NCBI RefSeq assembly: GCF_000002075.1
Contig: NW_004797417.1
Location: 1,180,048 to 1,244,047 of the forward strand
DNA: 64,000 nucleotides
Direction of reading: 5' to 3'
Source of the DNA: Aplysia californica
Lineage: Eukaryota
The position numbers and the translations under genes are program-made. The notes below the pieces were generated by a model. That model saw only the letters and a program-made list of their open reading frames with translations, did no database searches and was not told the DNA's origin. Below, piece after piece: positions 39,101-53,000 of this stretch; the first letter of the stretch is position 1, and each line of letters begins with the position of its first letter.

Positions 39101-42100
39101 ATTATGCCAGTTTGGTAATGCTTGGGGAGGGTTGCTTCCAAAGTATTTAATTATTCCTTTTAATTTTGTTAATGAAGTTTGTAAACTTCTATGATGATTC
39201 ATGTCATTGGGCTTACAGTGTGTTATAGTTTTGTCTAAAGATGTCTGCAAATGGTTGGAATGTGAACCCATGAGTCATCTGTAATTGGTTCATCATCTTT
39301 AACAAAGATGTTCAGTGTTCAGATGTCTCTACTTCATTACAATGCAGCAAAACTGAATCCTCCATATTGGACTCTTGTCAGCAACAGATGAGTTTGTAAT
39401 CAGGATTCCTTGTCTCGCAGTACATCAGACTGAGTCACTTGTCAAATTGTAGGCAGATACTGATATTTTATGTCGATAATGCCTTTTGAGTATTGTGCAT
39501 TATAATGATTATGGTAATCAGGAACGCTCACACTTTAATCTTTCATGCGGATGGTAGAAGGGTCCAAATGGGTGGTCTTACATCTTTTTAATTTCTTTGC
39601 TCTTTCTGTTTGTCTGTCTTACTTTTTCTGAGTGCTAATGTGGCATTATTGTGTCAGTGTGCTTTCCTTCAAATCAATTGAAATATGATTCATTTTACCA
39701 CTTTCTGTTTGTAATTTAAAATGCAGTACACGATCTGTTAAAAGAAAATAAATTTTTATTTTTTCCCTTTTCATTCGTTTGAAGTATGCATTATTGGCCT
39801 TCCACTGAGATGTTGTAATAAAGTGCACAAATAATCTGACCTTGTCTAGATCAAAAGATTTGCACTTCATACGATAACATCATTTGTCAATTAAAAATGC
39901 CTCTGAGAACTAATAGATCTGAGATGATTTCTATGTAGAATTACATCATGGCATGACTGTTGACTACAGTGGGTAACATTATGTGCATACTAGATAAAGA
40001 GAAAATATCTTTTACTGATATTGTCCTGGTACAAAACAGATATGTCCAATCTGCACTCAACAACGCGTAATGACAATCCGACTCCTTCTGTATAGAAAGA
40101 GATTGAGCTTGTTGTGGGATTGCCACTTTTCCCTAATATTTCTTCCTCTCTGGAGGACATTTTATTTCTATTTAAACAGACGAGAGGGTGTCCTTCCAGG
40201 GTGTCATCATGTACAGTGAGTTTTGGAACTAGTTGACTTTGAACCAGATGACCACCCCTCTTTCTCCCTCCCCTTTTAATGTTAATTACATTTGCTCATG
40301 ACACTCACTAGTGATGATAACAAGAATGTGCCTTTATATTGTGTTGTAATGAAAAATACACAGCTCCCTGTTGCATGCCCAACACTTGTTATGAAGTATG
40401 GAGCTGTTTGAGTAGCTCACTAACAGACGTTCAGATGTTTTGCCTGATACCAGTTTATTTCTTTCTGGCCATTAGAAGCAGATCCGAATACAGAAATCTG
40501 TAAGAGTGTTTAGATCTGTTTGTGGTTTCGGTTATATTTAAGTACATATCTATATAACTGGTCTTTGGGTCCCATGTTGATGATCTAAGATACTTTATGC
40601 TATGATGAGAAGGTTTATTACCATAAGAAGTAAACTGATTACCTTTATAAAGAGTTTTATAGGTTGCAGTTGTATTTGAGTGCATATTTGTATCTCCCGG
40701 TTTTGGGCCATCTGATGAAGGTCCAGGATACTGTGGGGTTTTTTTGTTTTGGAATGTCATAAGCAGATCCTGTTGCTGTGATGTGTGGATTAGAACATGC
40801 TGCTTATGTTTGGCTGACTTGTATTTATCAATGGCATGCCTGCATTATCGGGGTTGGAACCTGGTAAAAATCCAGTATTGAAATTTGTATTCCTTTTTTT
40901 TTAAGGAATAGAAGAAAAGGTTCTGCCTGCCTTTCGGTTCCCAGTACTTGAAAGTTGTTCTGGGTTAGTTTTTTTAAGGTAAAGTGTAAGGGTGGTATTT
41001 CTGCAAATTTGCTGTTCATATTAAGTAGCTGTCAGACCTGACGTCTAAATCAGTCATACCCAGTGTAGTAATGACTTTGGTTAAAGTGGAGCATGATTTT
41101 GAACTATTTATTGATATGGAGTACGTTTTCTTGGTTGATGTATAGATTGAGTTTGAAAGTCCACAAGTTGTAGTAGTAACTTGATGTTGTGTGATATGAG
41201 GTCTATGTATCTGATGTGATGTTGAACTGATGTTGTGTTCTAGAGAGTCTGAGAATTCCAAACTAAACTTACACACTGCTATTGTTCTTTGAATGTAATA
41301 TCCTTTATTGAATGACAAGTTTTCCATGTTCACACTGTGCAGTCTGCCCCTTGTCTCATCACACATGGAGTTTGCTGATAAGAGTAAATTTTATAGCTTT
41401 ATATATATCTGCATTTATGTTAAAGGGATAGTAGTGTGTATTACTGTTTTTGAGTAGGTAAAAGCGGTGTTTTCTTTGTCTTAACCAGAGTATCAGGGCT
41501 AAAGTTTCCAGGTTTTTCCAATACTTGCGTGTATGCTCTAAGCTTTTCCGAAATTTTGTAAGTGATTTGAGCCTTGGAACCTATCAGGTTGGTAGTTCGA
41601 GCCATAAAAAAAGAGCTTTTACTTTTATTTTACTAGTACCACAATTTAATCTACTAGAAAATTTTCTCAACTGTTAAAAATGAAGTTTGGTAGCTCATTG
41701 TAGTACATGTAGTCGTGAGAATTATATATATTTTTTAAACCTTTCTTTGGGCAAGGTAACCCGACAGCAAGGGGTTGCCAAGTGCTTTAGCATCAAATAG
41801 ACCCTTCCTTTGTCTAGCTGAGCGTCAGAAGACTGATAATGAAGTGGTAATTCTGAGCTGTGTGAGATGAGGCAAGAGTGCGGCAGCAGCACTATCCTGA
41901 GTAGCGTCCCCTGCATTCCTCGACAAAAGGAAAGAGTAGCCCACCCCCCAGTCCAAACCCCCTTGTGCTTTCAAATACACATACATATCACTCACACTAC
42001 GCTGGTGTCTTCAATGACAGTAGCGTCGCCGGCGCTGGGACGTTGGTTTGGTGTGGGTGGGTTACTGTCTCCCTTTGCCTATTCCTGTACCCCCTCCACC

Positions 42101-43518
42101 AGATAGATGGCGGCGGTCAAGATTACTACTGCTACTTATCATACTTAGCCTCTGTTCTCCCCTCTAGATGTGTCTACTGCTCAGTGTGGTCCGAATCACT
42201 CACGTGTGCACAGACACCAGCCCCTGTTCGTTATTTCCACCACTCTCCGACTCACTGTCGAGCTCCTCCGACTTGGCCCTCTTCTTTTCTGTATATTTTT
42301 TTCTCGTTCAAGAACATCAAATAAAAAAAAATAAAAGAATATATAATTCATTTCTCATTGTCAGTGTTTTCTTATATTACCTGTGTTTCAGTTTACTGTG
42401 TTTATTAAGTGTGCATGTATACGTGATATCTAATTATCAGTACGGTTTGTGAACAATAGAAAAATTGTTGAGATTTATCTGATCTGGTGTGGTTTGCCAC
42501 TTTTTTTCTCTCGATTATCGTCCTTATCTCCTTCCTCTTTTTTGTGTTTGTTATGCTCTTGTAACATATTTAATCTTCAGCCGTTAAATGGCCCTATTGT
42601 GTTGCAAGTACCATAAGTGGGTGGTTGGCGGGTGCTCTAGTGTGGTTTGCTTCTTCTTTCCTATCAAACATCTATCGTCCTTATCTCCCCTTCTTTTTTA
42701 TGTTTGTTACTCTCTTGTAACACCTCTAATCTTCTAGCGCTCATATGACTGTATGCAGTTGCGAGCGCCGTAAAACCTCTACTATCAAAACTAAACTAAA
42801 TGAACATCCCAATCTCAAGTGTGAATGCTGCTGTTCGCCACTGGTCCTCCAGGTCTCGATAGTTTTGGGTCTCTGCCTAAGGTTGGCCAATATTTTTTTC
42901 TTAGCGCCTCGAGCATTGGCAGGCTATATGAGTAATGAAAAGCAACATTTCAGGAGTGTAGAGGACTATGTATGTACAAGATGTATATAGTATTCCCTCA
43001 CCATATAAAAGTTCAAATTCAAGGGAGGATAGAAGTGTACTAAAAATATATTATGTTCATGATATTTAATTGGGTGAGTGTAAAAGAATATTATTAGTTC
43101 GGTTTTCGTTAGCTCTGGTTTCTTATACCGCCTGTGTCAGAGGGAGAGAGAGAGTGGCCTATTAATGGCTTGTCCTCAGCTTGTCAAATAAGAGTGTTGA
43201 CATTACTAAGGGATATTGATTTTAGGTGAATGTGTTTGTGTGTGTGTGATTGATGTGAGCTTTGGTAAGTCATATCCTTTATTTACCTTTTCAGTGTTTT
43301 GTTTCCCCTTTCTATTCCTGAGGAAAGATAACCACTTTAGTCTTGATCGCTCTTAAATGCAACTCGGAGACACATCGTGGTTAGTTACAAAACCCCAAGT
43401 CAATGGTCAGTTTAATCGTATTTATAAAAACTTCAGGGAATGACATCGAAAAAAGGTTCAAAAGCACAGCACTTGCAAGAATGAAACGACATTATTCTCC
43501 TGTGTTATGGCAAGCAAA

Positions 43519-46500
43519 TCAGCCGATTGGATTAGTGTCACAGAGCCCGTAGTGATGCCGCTCAAAGATGACGTTTATTTGCCCCGCTTTGTCGCCCAAG
43601 ACGGACAGGTCGATCTTCACACAGGTCATGCCTGGTGAATAAGGATAATGGTAGATGTAGACCGCATTATAGATATTACATAGCCAAGTACCATACATTT
43701 ACATTATATAGGCCTATATATATTATGCACTGTATTTTTATATATAAAAGACAAAATATACACACATACAGAAGTTCAAAAACATCTTATACATAATTTA
43801 TAACACAATATCCAGGAGTCTAGTAATACACAGTACGAACTGGTTTCAAAAATAATCACCATCAGCATAAACAAGAACATCTCTATCTTAATCTATCATT
43901 GACTCCTTCTCTCTCTTTCACATGTACATGACATATTTCTGCGGTTTATAAATTCTCATTTATAACACCACGTCAAGTATTCAGGCTATAATGATGGAAG
44001 ATGACTGTAGGCTACGCAAAAGATGGATTGTAGGAGTCAAGGGAACCCTTAGAAACTATGACATCCCATTTAAATTTAAAAGTAGAAGAGCTGCAGAGTT
44101 AGCCTACTATTTTAAAAAAATGCATCATCACGCAACGCTTAGATATCTAACGGCAACAAAGGATGAAAGCATAAATTCTCACCGGACGCTACCTTATTTA
44201 TGTAATTACAGAATCCACGGTTAAGGAGATGCATGTACCCAAAAAGAGGGGGGGNNNNNNNNNNNNNNNNNNNNNNNNNNNNNNNNNNNNNNNNNNNNNN
44301 NNNNNNNNNNNNNNNNNNNNNNNNNNNNNNNNNNNNNNNNNNNNNNNNNNNNNNCTGTTGTTGTTTCCGTTATGGAGACATGCTGGTTCTGTATTTGTTG
44401 CTGACGTTGTTGTTGTTGCTTTTTAGAAATTGTTGTTGTTGCCATTCTGGATTCATGCTTGTTGTTGTTGTTGTTGTTGTTGTTGACGTTATTATTATTG
44501 CTGTTGTTGCTTTTTGTTATTGCTGCCGTTTCTGTTATCTTGCTGCTGTTTCTGTGGTTGCTGTTGACAGATAAAATTAAAAACTTCAAAAATCCCACTA
44601 CCGTAAAAAATGTGTATGTTACTGTTGCTGTGTTGTTCTTGTTATTTACTACTGACCACAGTGAGCCACAAACCTTCAGTCTAACAATGAACATCTAGGC
44701 TAATTTGCAGTTGTGTACTAAGTATTCTATTTGGCGTTTTGTCTCTTCCTTCTTTTGTTCTGTCTTTATTTTCATCTTTAACTTCCTTTCCGTTCTCAAA
44801 CTTTGCCGTGAGGATAATTAACAGGAAAGATTTTCTGCTGGATATAATGTGTTCATTGCTTTATGTTGGCAGGACTGGAACTTTGAGAAAATATTTTTTG
44901 GACAATTTAAAAATATTAGATTGCCTGCCCTTTTATTTAAATTCACTATATCTATACCTGAAAAAGAAAAACAACCAAAGAAACAAACAGATGCCCTTGA
45001 AGCTTTGCTACGACCATATAGCGTCAGTATCACACAAGTAAGACGTAGCCGTTTGTTTATGGAACACTTTAAAAAATCACCAATTGAGTTGAAACGGTCT
45101 TGAAACTCAAACTACCTGATGTTACCAGCCACGTCTGTCAATGGTCTCATTTTTTCTGCTTTGAAAGCTAATGATATAGATTGGCATGTCTTACCCCATG
45201 AATCTTAGGTTTAGAAAAACTGAATAGAGTCGAATTCCCTCGACAACCGCCCATTGTAGGGGAGAAAAGGTTGTCTTAGACTGAAGAACGTCTTGGGCAG
45301 TGTCATGATCATAGAAAAAAAGTAAAGGGGGAAATGGGAATTGGCCATTTGGACATGTGATCGTTTTGGACAGGTGGCCATGTTCGACTGTGTCAGCCAC
45401 TCTCAAAGAAACTTTTTAAAAATCGTATAGAAAAATAGAAATAGCAAAATATTGGCGTATTTCTTCTACCTGTATGCCTCCTGGGAAGCAGAGAATATTT
45501 TAAAGTATTCTAGGGTCTCCTATGGTAATTATATAGATTGTAAAGCGCAGAGATCATTTTGTTGGGCTGAGGTAAGCGCTAAACAATAAATGCTATCTAT
45601 TTTGTATTCATTTTATCCAGATTATTTGCGCTTTAATGAACAAATCTGAGTCGATAGCGCCGTTAAACACCTACTTTAACTCAAATTCCAACTCCAGCCC
45701 AAACCCAAACCCAAAACCCAAATCCAAACTCAAAACCAAACCCAAACTCAAACGCCAACTCAAACTCAAACCATCACAATTATCCCCCCCACAGGTGAAG
45801 ATCTGGTTCCAGAACCGGCGAGCCAAGGCCAAGAGACTGCAGGAGGCGGAGCTGGAGAAGCTGAGGATGGCAGCCAAGCCGATGATGCCTCCGCTGCTGA
45901 GCATGGGCTTCCCCGTGAGTCTGTACAGCGGCTTCCCGCGGGGCCCCATGGTGCCTCAGGGGGTCATCTCGCCCTTCTCACTGCACAACGCCGCCGCGGG
46001 GCTGCAGTCCGGCGTCTCCTACCTGCACTGAGCACACCTGTGACCTCATGAGTTTGTGCTTGGTTTTGTAGACACTCTAGCCAAGAAGGAAGTCTATAGG
46101 CCTAATGGCGTTGAGAATCTGTATGACGTTATAAGAGCTCTGAACATCTCTATGACGTTATATGAGCTCTGAGCATCTCTGTCACGTTATATGTGTTCTG
46201 AGCCTTTCTATGACGTCATATGACAGAGTTTATTAGACAGTCCCAAAGTCCAGAGTCTCCAACCTGTGTTGAAGCAGAGTGTGACGTCATGAGGAGGATC
46301 GCCCTGACATGAAATGTCATGCAAACACACCTAGAGACGTTGCTGGGAACACCCTCTATAAATGAGTAAAGAGCAACCCATTTCTCGGTTGAGCCAGAGC
46401 TGACATCGTGTACTGAACTACAGTTATTCAAATTTGACTTTGACTGTAAGGATGAAAACAGCTCTTTATCTAAACTTATTTTCCCTCACCCAAGTTGAGA

Positions 46501-46995
46501 AGAAACCTAGGCTACCATTCTCCAATCCGATCTCAGTCAAGGGTCCGGAAATATACTGACCTATGCCAATGCGACGAGCTCAGATAATTGATCGCATTAA
46601 AGTTTAATTTAAGAAACAATTCTAACTTATGACCGCGGCAATCAAACCCAACCAACAAGCAGAATGTTGTGTTATATCCGATCGATCCACGACGAAAATG
46701 TCACCGCCGGGAAAAAGAAATTGAGTATCTTTTTCCCGCTGATGTATGTTCCGATCCTCTCCTGTTAAAAGTAAGCTCTCAATGTTTTTTCTTTGTCTAC
46801 AAGCGAGATGGGACTGCCGGTGAAAACAAAAGAGAATAACAATACCATTATGTGCTTGAAATGAACGCTGATGACATAAGCTGGTGAAACAATGTGTACG
46901 TTCGTAGAACAAGTCAAGTGCAAGGCTTGGAGTTGGAGTCAGCCAAGGACTGGGTTTGACGAGTGCTGAATGGTCTTCAAACCCTACCCTCCACC

Positions 46996-47045
<50 letters not shown>

Positions 47046-49984
47046 ATTTAGACATGCATGTGTCTCTATCACTCTCTTTGTGTGCTGGGATGGGCATAGT
47101 ATGAGTGTCTGCCTTTGTGTCTGCGTGTTTTGTGCTTTTCCAAGCAAGTAATATTGGATTTACCTGTTCTAGGAATGGACTGGGTACAGTGTCCCAAATC
47201 AATGTTTGAATATTTTCTGTCCTGTTATTAATGAACTAGTTGTCCTTTGTCAAGACATTGAATATGGAACGTAAAATGATGCTGTTTTAGTTTGAGATTC
47301 GGAACCAAATCGCTTTCAATCTGTTTATTAAAATAATTATGAATGATCTCTTCTGGAAAATAAAAATTCTGTCATCTCACCGCGTTGTCCTTTCGTTGAA
47401 CAAAATACAGTAATCATAAGACGACCACCCATTGTCGAGGAGAAAAGTGGTCGTCTTAGATTAGACAGCTGGACCTCTTACACAGTGATATCATAATGTA
47501 AAAAAGCAGAGGGAGATGCCAATTAATTATCATTTATATACATACGAGGGGCATACCAAAAGTTTTTTTTACCTGACCATGAAAGAATAAAGGTAGAAAG
47601 CTGAAATTTGGTGTGAAAGCCAACAATCACCTTCCTTGAATGCTTGTAAGTTTTGGGGGATTTCAGATTACTGGTTTTACCACCAGCGGACTGTAAGTGA
47701 ATGGGGGTATGTTGTTCTCCAGTTTCAACATAAAAATGGAGAAAATTGAGCGCAGGACAATAATGAAGTATTTGTTCTTGCAAGGCAAGCAACTACAGGA
47801 TATTTTTACGGAGATGCATGCCGTATATAGAACCGATTGCCCATCCTACGCTGTGATTAAATTTTGGTGTAAAAAAGTGATGATGAGGTCAAAGAAGCGG
47901 TAGAGGGCTGGTTTTCTGACATAGAGAGGGTCCTCTATTCTCAAGGTCTTTTCAAGGTCATACACAGATGGCAAACATGTATAACTGTGGGAGGCGACTA
48001 CATAAAGAAAGACTAAGCGTAGAACCAAATTTAAGCTTTTTACCTTTATTCCTTCATGATCAGGTAAAAAAAAAAACTTTTGGTATGCCCCTCTTTATAT
48101 ATGTCATATCGTGTAGAACTACTATGTGTGCATTCTTCAAACTCGAGAGTGGTAGCACCCCCATCCCCACGCCCTTTCTTCCTACCTTTCAACTCTTACT
48201 CCTGTACCAGATGCCCCGCCTAAATGGACTATTTATCATTTTATATATCTATTCGACGAGTGCACTCCTTTGAGAGCTAAAAAAAAGATATGTTGAGAAT
48301 GTGTACCTGTCTCGCATACACACACGTCTTTGGCCAGACCTTTCCCCTCCAGATCACATACGTCCCCCTTCTTCCCCAGGCTTTTGCAGACGTGCCCAGT
48401 CCTGGTGTAGGCGCAACAGCCACCGGGACAGTCCGCGTTAGTAGAGCACGCGACGGCCGCCCTTGTCTGTGCGTNNNNNNNNNNNNNNNNNNNNNNNNNN
48501 NNNNNNNNNNNNNNNNNNNNNNNNNNNNNNNNNNNNNNNNNNNNNNNNNNNNNNNNNNNNNNNNNNNNNNNNNNNNNNNNNNNNNNNNNNNNNNNNNNNN
48601 NNNNNNNNNNNNNNNNNNNNNNNNNNNNNNNNNNNNNNNNNNNNNNNNNNNNNNNNNNNNNNNNNNNNNNNNNNNNNNNNNNNNNNNNNNNNNNNNNNNN
48701 NNNNNNNNNNNNTATACAGCGCTCCATCCCATACTAGTATAAGCTCTGAGCGCTTTACATCAATCACATGATCACTGAGCTATCCACACATGATAAAATA
48801 TTTCATTGTTTGTTTGTTTTAGTATGTAGAGGATTTACGGCGCTCGCAACTGCATAAGTTCATGTAAGCGACAAGGGGTGGATGTCAACAGAGAAGTCCT
48901 TACAGGGAATCAGACTTCTCTGCTCACCTCTCTAGCTTCAACAGCACAAAATCTACTTCGACTAGATCTATCAAGGCACCCCGGAAATAGTACGTCACTA
49001 GAGTGTGACAAACACACAAAAGAAGTAGAGGGAAATGACGATAGTAAAGATTAGGAAAGAAAAAAAACAGCGGTTCCCTGTTGCAGTTCAGGCACAGTAT
49101 GAGCATGACATTGATGAAGAAGCCCACTTATAATTACAATTCTACTGTGCATAAGAACTCGAGATTTTAATGTCCACCTCTTTGGGGATGGCCTGAAGAC
49201 ACTTCAGTCAGTAGCATCCCCCGGAGGAGTATAGAATATTTCACAATAACAAGAAAAACCAGTTCATCAACCACATAAAGAAGCACTTTCACAACCATAC
49301 ATAACAGAAACAAGTTGACATAAATTAGAACACTAGTTTCGTATAAGATTAATTTTGTTTTTGCTTAGTTTATTATTTCAAGAGTTTAAAAATCCTTAAC
49401 TGCCTGGCCCGAGACTGTCTCGGGCTCTCAGGTTGGACGATGGGTTAAAGGGAATTCCTGTGTAACATAAATCGTATTACGTGTTGTCGAAAAAGAACAT
49501 TTGTGAGACAGCGTGGTGGAATCAGGCTCTCGTCAAAATGATTAAATCAAAGATATTTGCATTTTTCTGCCCGTTTGGCAATTTTCATCAAATTTTTGTT
49601 TTTAAGCTCAACAGCTTTTATGTCCATTTTTTAAAAAAACAACATTTCTGTGAGGAATATCCCGATAAACGTTGATTATAGGTACAAAAAATGTAAATTT
49701 TCAGTTTTCAAGGACTCTCACGCATTGAAAGATACCAAGCTTTGGCGGTCATTTTCTCCCTTAACTTTCTTCTGAAATCACGTTACCCTACTTACTTCAA
49801 TCACAAATATTTCAACTTCTATTAAAGATAGATGGGTACTTTTTTCACCGAAAGATAGACAAATGAACAGGCTTTAAGATTGCACCAATAACTCCATATG
49901 TCCAAGAATTTACGAGCGCCTGATTCTATCACGCAGCCTCACATTTCTTGTTGTCTTCATTTCCGTCACACACACACACACACA

Positions 49985-50043
<59 letters not shown>

Positions 50044-53000
50044 GCGCGCGCGCACACACCTTCATACACACTCCCCTATCTCTTCCCGACCCCATCCTAA
50101 TCCCAGAGCCCCTCATCCCACCACCCATATCCTCCCGATATCTCCCTCCGTTGCCCACAGCAAGCAGTACCGAGATCTCAGTTAAAACGTCATTGGCTGT
50201 AGTAGGGCCTACAATAGAACTCTGTTTCAACGAACTCGGATTCAACGAACATATAAATGAGAAAGTTCGGATTCAGTGAAGCCGTTTGCAGGGTGACTGC
50301 CTCATGCGACCAATAAGCGGCCTACTTTCATACCAAAAACAGCACGTACACATGTCTTAGCGCATGTTGAGATCGGACGGGCGGCCAGCACACATGTGAC
50401 TGTGTGTGCATGTGTCTGAGGGGAGGGAGGGAGGGAGCACAAGCGATCCGGGAGTAGAAGTTCAATAGATACAGACACATCTCAGCTATCTTTTCAAGAT
50501 ATATATATAAAGTTTCATTATTTCTCCCATTGAATCTAGTTTTCACTCAATTTGGTTAATCATTGTATCGATTGAGGACTCCTAAGAAACGTGACACCTC
50601 TTGTCACTAAACACACTATACTGGAAAACAGGCGATTAATTTATAAGCATCTCTGACATTTTTCAAAGTTGTGCTTGAGCTTAAAATCATCCTCAAATTG
50701 AATACATATTGCTATAAACCAGTTGCCCTGGAGACGACCTCTTTATTTTACCCACTGTTTATGGGTCCACAGTCTTATGTTTGTTTACACTCATTGACCT
50801 TTACAAACATGGATTCCAAAATCAAGACCATATTTTTCAAAAAACTTGTGTTTTAATCATTTCACAGTAAGTGTGCAACGGTTAGATCATTACAATGATC
50901 TATTTAGTATTTTGTTGACACAAAATATGTGTTTTATATGGATTTTCAAACTAATTGTCACAATATCTGATTTTAAGTTAGGTATATATAAAGTAGGTCA
51001 CCTTTTGACCTCTGCACAGATACTGGTCAACGTTACAATGATAAGCTAGTCTTGACATAGATCAACTTTATGAATTATGCGTTGGACTGTGAAATCAAAC
51101 GCTGCCGTATGCTAAGCTCTATACAGCAACATAGCTTGTTTGGCAAACAAAACGTTTAAGATTATAGATGCCACAGGCACGCATTTGACTGAATCTGCCC
51201 TTTTGCTAAGTGTAATTAGGTAGAGTTCAGTATATTTTTCCTGGAATTATCCAGCATTTCTTAGGTATAAAATAAACGAAAACTCATTTGAAACCAAACT
51301 AGTTCAAAAAAAGAAACCTGACACTCACTTTTAAAATTGGATTTTTTTATAAAACGAACTTAATAAATAGAGCAAAATAAGGCAAAGTTCTGGCAGATGA
51401 TAACTATACACACGTTCAAAACGTTAGCCCTGGTAAACAAACCGAATGTCCTGCACAAGCTTGTAAACAGACTGGGGTACATGAAAAGTCAGTACCTGTT
51501 AGGAACACCATTTGCGTTGATCACTGCTCGGCATCGGGAACCAATAGATGCAATCAATTTTGCAATAAGATGTTGCGTGATGCTTTGCCACTCATGCTGA
51601 AGTGTCACAAGGAGTTCTGGAAGGGCCTGAGGAGGCAGATTTCTCTGCCACACACGTCAATCCAACTCGTCACAGAAGTATTCGATTGGAGACAAATCTG
51701 GTGAAACGGGCAGGCCATGGTTGAGCCGGAAGGTTTCTGGCACGCAGGTCTCCACATAGCTGTGCAACATGCGGACGAGCGTTGTCCTGCTGCAAAATGT
51801 CAGCATTAGCGTTCAGATATGGAACATGAGGCTGCAGGATCTCATCCCTGTACCTGTCACCCGTCACCCGTTACTCTGTGCTGGCACCAGTGGAGACGTT
51901 CTGCCATGTGGTGAGCGGCCAACACGTTACATCGAACTGGTCTTCGAGCAAAGATTCCTGCCTCCCTGAGACGATTACGGAATGTCTGGTCAAAAATGTT
52001 TCCATGTCCAGGGATTTGAGCAGCTGTAGACGTTGCTGTTGTGGTTCGATTTCGAAGGTAGCCCACATGGACATTATAACGATCCTGGGCCGCAGTAGTA
52101 ACCCTGGGTCGACCTGACCTAGGCCTATAATTATCACTTTGGGTGTCGTTGTATCGTGTCCATAACGCAGCAATGGTCTGTCTAGACACGCCGAAGTGCC
52201 TTGTACGGCTGGCCGAGTCACCCCTATTTCCAATCGTCCGACTGCATTATTGCGCTCAGCATCAGTCAACCTTGGTACTTTTCAGTTGTCTACGGTTGTG
52301 TTACATGGACTGTGTGAACCGTGGGTGTTGTAGCTTTTTTTTACGAGTGAGAGAGGTTACATAATGTTGAATTGCAGTCCACTGCTGTGCACGAGAAAGG
52401 CCGCCAGTATGGATTCAGTAAAAACTCGCCTACACGGACGTTTTGATGTGCACTGCACGTGATTTTTGGTGTTTTGACGACAACACTTGATCCTTTACAA
52501 AACTCTGTCCCTAATGTTTACAATTTTGTTTTGCGTTTCCTAATATTCAAAATTTACCAAGTGTCAAGTTTCTTTTTTTTTGAAGAGTATACTTTTGATT
52601 AAGAAAGTCGAATACATTATACATTACTTGCTCGGTGCCTGTCCTACACTATAATTATTTACACATACATGTATTTGCTGTAACGAACACTCGGCAGACC
52701 CAACGACCTCGTCGAATCCGAGTTCCACTTTCTTTCTTTTTTATGAGGACGTTTCCATCCACTAAATATATTATAGAGCGAAAGGATGCTACCTGAACGA
52801 CACCCGTGGAATACCAAATAACATGACTGAATATAATACTGACAATTTTAAAAATTGTTTATATTTTATGGGATTTGATTATTTGCATACGCCGTACCTG
52901 ATCACAGGTGCTTAATTCTAACTGACACCATTTTTCGACTTAATGTTAGTCACTTGCTGATAAAAGGCAATCTAAGCAATAATATCTAAGCAACTGGTCT

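Noticed and set aside
45636-45794. N-terminal 53 aa of the Msx ORF
   Set aside because: It is an intronic (AAACCC/AAACTC)n repeat upstream of the splice acceptor.
46780-46970. Minus-strand [11 protein letters not shown]...FYERTHC stretch as exon 3 of peptide gene A
   Set aside because: Only superficially similar; the clearly paralogous exon 3 is at 43631-43519.
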